A stretch of 64,000 nucleotides of DNA, taken from NCBI RefSeq assembly GCF_004010195.1, contig NC_057749.1:24418334-24482333 (forward strand), read 5' to 3'. Position numbers and translations under genes: made by a program. Below the pieces are notes generated by a model. It saw only the letters and a program-made list of their open reading frames with translations. It ran no database searches and had not been told where the DNA came from. The number at the start of each line of letters is the position of its first letter. Position 1 is the first letter of the stretch. The DNA comes from Chiloscyllium plagiosum (Eukaryota). Positions 59,745 through 64,000 of this stretch are shown here, piece by piece.

Positions 59745-59970
59745 TATGGTCATGGCTGGCTGGGCCCAGCATTTATTGCCTGTCCCTAGTTGCCCCTTTG
59801 AGAAGGTGGGGGGTGAGCTGCCTTCTTGAACCGCTCTAGTCCATTTGTTGTAGGTAGACCCACAATGACCTTAGGGAGGGAATTCCAGGACTTTGACCCA
59901 GTGACAGTGAAGGAACATCGATATATTTCCAAGTAAGGACGGTGAGTGGCTTGGAGGGCAACTTGCAGGG
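59745..59970 (-). mobile_element. L2-like LINE 3' fragment
   Basis: cagcatttattgcc...gagaaggtggggggtgagctgccttcttgaaccgct. Confidence 0.65.
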
Positions 59971-60772
59971 AATGGTTAGGGAAAGACGATTGGGCTGGGG
60001 GTAATCAGCTCTTGTGTGGTCACTCCCTCACTTCTTGTGTTTTGGACATTTTGTCGCATTTGGTCACCTTTTCCAGAGAGTGTTTTATTCGGGTGTTTGA
60101 CCCGGATTTTATTGTCCATAGGATTATTTTGTCCTTGAGCACCAGCAGAGTGTGTATGACTATTCCTCTGGGTTAGGATGTTCAGGCCTTAGGTATTTGT
60201 CACTCTTTATGGTTCATGTTCTGCCTTGGAGCCTGCCCTCAATTTTTCCTCACTTCCATCTATTCCTGTTTGGAGGGTTAGGGTGAGAGAACGTTTTAGG
60301 GTCAGTGTGGGACCTTCCCCCTGTTGTGTTTGCTCGCTCGTTAATTCAGCCTTACTTCATTGGCACATGCCATTTCCAATTATCTCAGGTTCTGTCTGTC
60401 TGGTTTTCCTGTCCCATCATCCACAATCTGTTGGCAATACCGTGAAAGATTGAGACATGAAATGACTCCTTTCAGGAGAATGTGTCGGGTTAAAAGATTG
60501 GACGTGCCCCTTCCTAAAGAAACATGAATTTAGACCAAGATCATTTCTGTTGGTTAGACTCAGGACCAAGCATTGATTAGATTCAAGCCCAGATTGAATT
60601 TAGATTTGGGTGTTTATATCTGCCTTAAATTCTTATGGATTTAATTGTGATTAGCCTATGGAGTTTGTTGGGGTTCATGAGGAACTGCTGAATTCATCAT
60701 GTTAGGGTTTGCCTTACTTTTAAACTCATATGAGGAACTATGAGGTTTTTCTTGTTTGCATTTGTGAGGACT

Positions 60773-61080
60773 TGGAATTCCTTGCAGTGCAGAAAGAGGC
60801 CATTTGGCCCCAGAAATCTGCGCCAATGACTCACCACACAGCATCCCACCCAATCCCTGGAAACCCACATTTCCCACAGCTAACCCACCTAGCCTGCACA
60901 CTATGGGCAATGCAGTATGGCCAATCCACCTAACCTGCTCATCTTTGGACTGTGGGAGGCCACCCATGCAGACACGGGGAGAATGTGCAAACTCCACACA
61001 GACAGTTGCCCAAGGCTGGGATCGAACCCAGGTCCCTGGGGTTGTGAGGCAGCAGTGCTAACCACTGAGCCACCCTGCCA
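60773..61080 (-). mobile_element. HE1-type V-SINE
   Basis: Head, V-domain and tail. Confidence 0.85.
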
Positions 61081-61279
61081 TCACGTTCACCTTTTAGCTC
61101 CATGTTATTAAAGTTTTGTTCAGGCTTTTGTAAATGTTAGCACAAGAGTCTTATATGTGACATAAGCTTTGGGTTTGGGGGAACTTCACTCTTCTGTTAA
61201 AAACAAGCTGAAAGACTGTGGGATACTCAGCAGTAACCACAAAAAAGTCACATTTTGGGATCGTCAAAACCTCTCTGAT

Positions 61280-61800
61280 CGCCATCTTGCCGTCCCCCTC
61301 ATGTTTCTGTCCTTGCCTTTCTTTGGTGTTCCAATGACGCTCAATCCAAGCTGGAGGAGCAGCGCCTCATCTTTCCTTTTTGGCACTTTAGGATTCTACA
61401 GAGTTCAATAACTTCAGAGCAAGAACAGTGTTCTCCATCTTACTTCAACTCACCACCCCCAACCACTTGTCTACGTGACTCAACAGAGCTGACCTATTTT
61501 CTAATATTCCCATATACCATTAACACCTATTCTGTATCTGTATCACTCCTCCAGTACCATTAACGGTCCCTTTGTATTTTCCTCTCTGCACTCTCACTAT
61601 CAGTTCCATTTCTCTCCCCACCGCACTTTGTTAACAGTGTAAGAATGATCATTTTACAGCTCTCTTTCAGTTGTGAAAAGAGTCATATCTGACTTATGGT
61701 GTTAACTCTGTTTCTCTCTCCACAGATGCTGCCAGACCTGCTGAGTTTCTCCAGCAATTTCTGTTTTTATTTCAGATTTACAGCATCCGTATTTTGCTTT
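61280..61800 (+). mobile_element. PLE 3' end with family B pLTR
   Basis: aagctggaggagcagcgcctcatctt (KLEEQRLIF); gttaactctgtttctctctccacagatgctgccagacctgctgag. Confidence 0.7.
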
Positions 61801-62030
61801 TGATGGCTCGGAGCAGTTTGTTTTTCTCTCCAGGTCACGGATTCACTCAGTTTTCTAGCTCTGAATGGAATCTTCAGCACCTTTTGCTGATAATACAAAC
61901 TCGCTGGGGAGCTAAGGGGCAACCTTTTCACACAGAGGGTGGTGTGTGTATGGAATGAGCTGCCAGAGGAAGTAGTGGAGGCTGGTACAATTACAACATT
62001 TAAAAGGCATCTGGGGTGCATGAGGGTTTA

Positions 62031-62803
62031 CAGAGGAACCTCAATTATCCGAGTACAAATCAACTGAATATCGGATTATTCGATAGAAACATATCAAAGA
62101 CGTGTTTCCAACATTGATCATGTCTTTTGTTTACAGTGATTAAAAACGGACTCGGCTTACTGAAATGCTGCCAAGAGCAGTCCTGGACATCAATGGGAGC
62201 CCAGGCACCGTCTCCAAATGACTGACCTCCGGCCCTCTCTCTCTCTCCCCACACTTTTCCTGGAGTCCTACACAGGGGTGCACCCTGAACCACGTTTCCC
62301 CAGATAACCTCTCTAACATTGTCGTGTACAGGGCAAAGGTGGAACCTGTCAAAAAGTTTTGTGTGTCTGTCTGTATGTGTGTGTGTGTGTGTATGTATGT
62401 GTGGATGTCTCTGCGTGTGGGTGTGTGCACTATTTGGAAACTCACCCCCTCCACCCACCTCCCCAAATGCAGCAGCAGTCTTACTGTTGGTGTCCAGTCC
62501 AGCTGCCCTTGGGGGGGTGGGGCGCACTGGGGGGGGGGGCGGTAGGGGGTGGCCAGGTCAGTCTGGGGGCAGGGGCTTTGACGGGAGTTGGACGGTGGAT
62601 GAGGTGGGGGTGGACGAAGTGGTGTTGGGCGGGGTTGTGGGGCGGGTGCTTGCTTGCCATGTGCTGCTGCCTCGTCTCCTGAACGGGGAATGGGCTTAAC
62701 AGGAAACTCCCAGCCCCAGAGGAGAGAATCCATTAACCGAATAATCAATTACCCAAATGAAATAGTGTCCGTCCATCTCGTTCAGATAATCGAGGTCCCT
62801 CTG
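62031..62803. mobile_element. Non-autonomous Tc1/mariner-type element inserted in a HER1 tail (~61911-62030 and 62804-62920)
   Basis: TA|cagaggaacctcaattatcc ... gataatcgaggtccctctg; the host tail resumes after it. The internal part is low-complexity. Confidence 0.7.
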
Positions 62804-63055
62804 CCGAGAGAGATGGGCCAAGTGCTGGCAATTGAGAGTAGATTAATTTAGGATATCTGGTCGGCATGGACGAGTTGACCAACGGGTTTGTTTCCCGCAC
62901 TGTACATCTCTGTGACTCTGGTGTTCCCAGAAGATGCTAGAAATTATTACAAAGACAGGCTGATGACACACACTCAATTACTTTTTGACATAATTGTTGT
63001 GGGCAGTTTGAAAAGAAAATTTTAAAATGCATCATGTTTTCTTGGTAATACAACA

Positions 63056-63069
63056 CTGCCATCTGGTGG
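63056..63069 (-). promoter_or_regulatory. CTCF core motif
   Basis: Reverse complement CCACCAGATGGCAG. Confidence 0.6.
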
Positions 63070-63224
63070 GCTCAGTGCAGGCTACCCTTACATTTGCTGT
63101 GAAAACCATTTCAAAAGGAAAGATTGAAGTACAATTAGATTGCTTATCTGAGAACAACTGGAAAAATTGCTGCTGAGATTCGGGTCCATTTAAAGTTGAA
63201 ATATTCGATCTTTATTGACCGCGT

Positions 63225-63640
63225 TAGTTGTGAACACAGCCCAGTCCATCACACAAACCACCTTCCATCTCCATCTACACTTCTCAATGCCTCAGGAAGG
63301 CAGCTAAGATCATCAAAGACCCCTCCCACCCCGGTTATAATCTCTCCCAATCTCTTTCATTGGGCAGAAGGTACAGAAGCTTTAACACACGGACCAACAG
63401 CTTCAAGAACAGCTTCTTCCCCGCTGTTATCAGACTTCTGAATGGACCTCTCAAATTATAAATTTAAATGTTGATCTCTCTCTCTCTCTCTCGCTGCACC
63501 TTCTCTGCAGCTGTAACATTATATTCCTCCCTCTGTTCTATTACCCTGATGCACTTTGTATCATATGATCTGCCTGTACTGAACGCAAAATGAAACTTTT
63601 CACTGTACATAGGTACACGTGACAGTAATAAATCTAATCA
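63225..63640 (+). mobile_element. Rex/Babar-type LINE 3' end
   Basis: gtgaacacagcccagtccatcacacaaacc...aacagcttcttccccgctgtt...cacgtgacagtaataaatc. Confidence 0.7.
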
Positions 63641-64000
63641 AGAAATTTTGCCCTTCAGAGATTGCAAATGGGCAAAAAGGTGAAGATTCCACGGGGTTAA
63701 AACAGGGATCCGAGTGCCCTCCCCAACAAAATGTCCCAACACTGGAAACATGAGGCAAATCATCTCTTTCTGTGGTTCAGTTAGATTGTTTGGGGGATGT
63801 TTGAGACATTTGCTTGATCTTTCTCCATCTGTGGCTTGTTCCTTGGGGGTTTGACTTGGATTTTGTTGTCCATGGGTTGCTTTTTAGTTCTTTGGCATCA
63901 TTCGGAATCCAGCAACGCAGAACATCTCACTGCTCAGCTCAGGGAGGGTGTTCAGGCATGAGGCATCCGAGATAGAATTAGGTTTTATTGTCACATGTAC

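Noticed and set aside
62060..62748. Long Pro/His-rich ORFs on both strands
   Set aside because: Artefacts of GT and G-rich low-complexity sequence inside a TIR element.
1..64000. Prokaryotic-type systems (CRISPR array, operon, defence island)
   Set aside because: Spliced vertebrate gene and vertebrate retroelements; the recurrent repeats are dispersed and not regularly spaced.
40100..64000. Exons of the expected downstream neighbours (APH1B, CA12 by human synteny)
   Set aside because: No recognisable coding match by eye; small exons could have been missed.

Overview
Eukaryotic, repeat-rich vertebrate DNA. The repeat content (HE1-type V-SINEs, HER1/CR1 LINEs, Deu-domain SINEs, Penelope-like elements) points to an elasmobranch (shark); this is an inference. 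The only host gene I can support is RAB8B on the + strand: coding exons 2-8 (20656-37309, all GT-AG, ending in the CaaX motif CTLL) plus a ~2.8 kb repeat-free 3' UTR. Exon 1 lies upstream of the window. The rest is mostly decayed mobile DNA: CR1, L2-like and Rex/Babar LINEs, SINEs, Penelope-like (PLE) fragments and Tc1/mariner-type MITEs. Four observations stand out. (1) Minimal type I hammerhead ribozyme motifs occur in three different PLE terminal-repeat families, many of which are tiny fold-back insertions with 8-16 bp target-site duplications. (2) A young HE1 SINE carries the 3' end and T-rich trailer of a tRNA-Glu gene at its 5' end. (3) A ~55 bp block containing a strong CTCF motif is duplicated downstream of RAB8B. 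(4) There are several nested insertions. No prokaryotic-type system is present. Repeat boundaries are approximate and read by eye; exon boundaries are exact.
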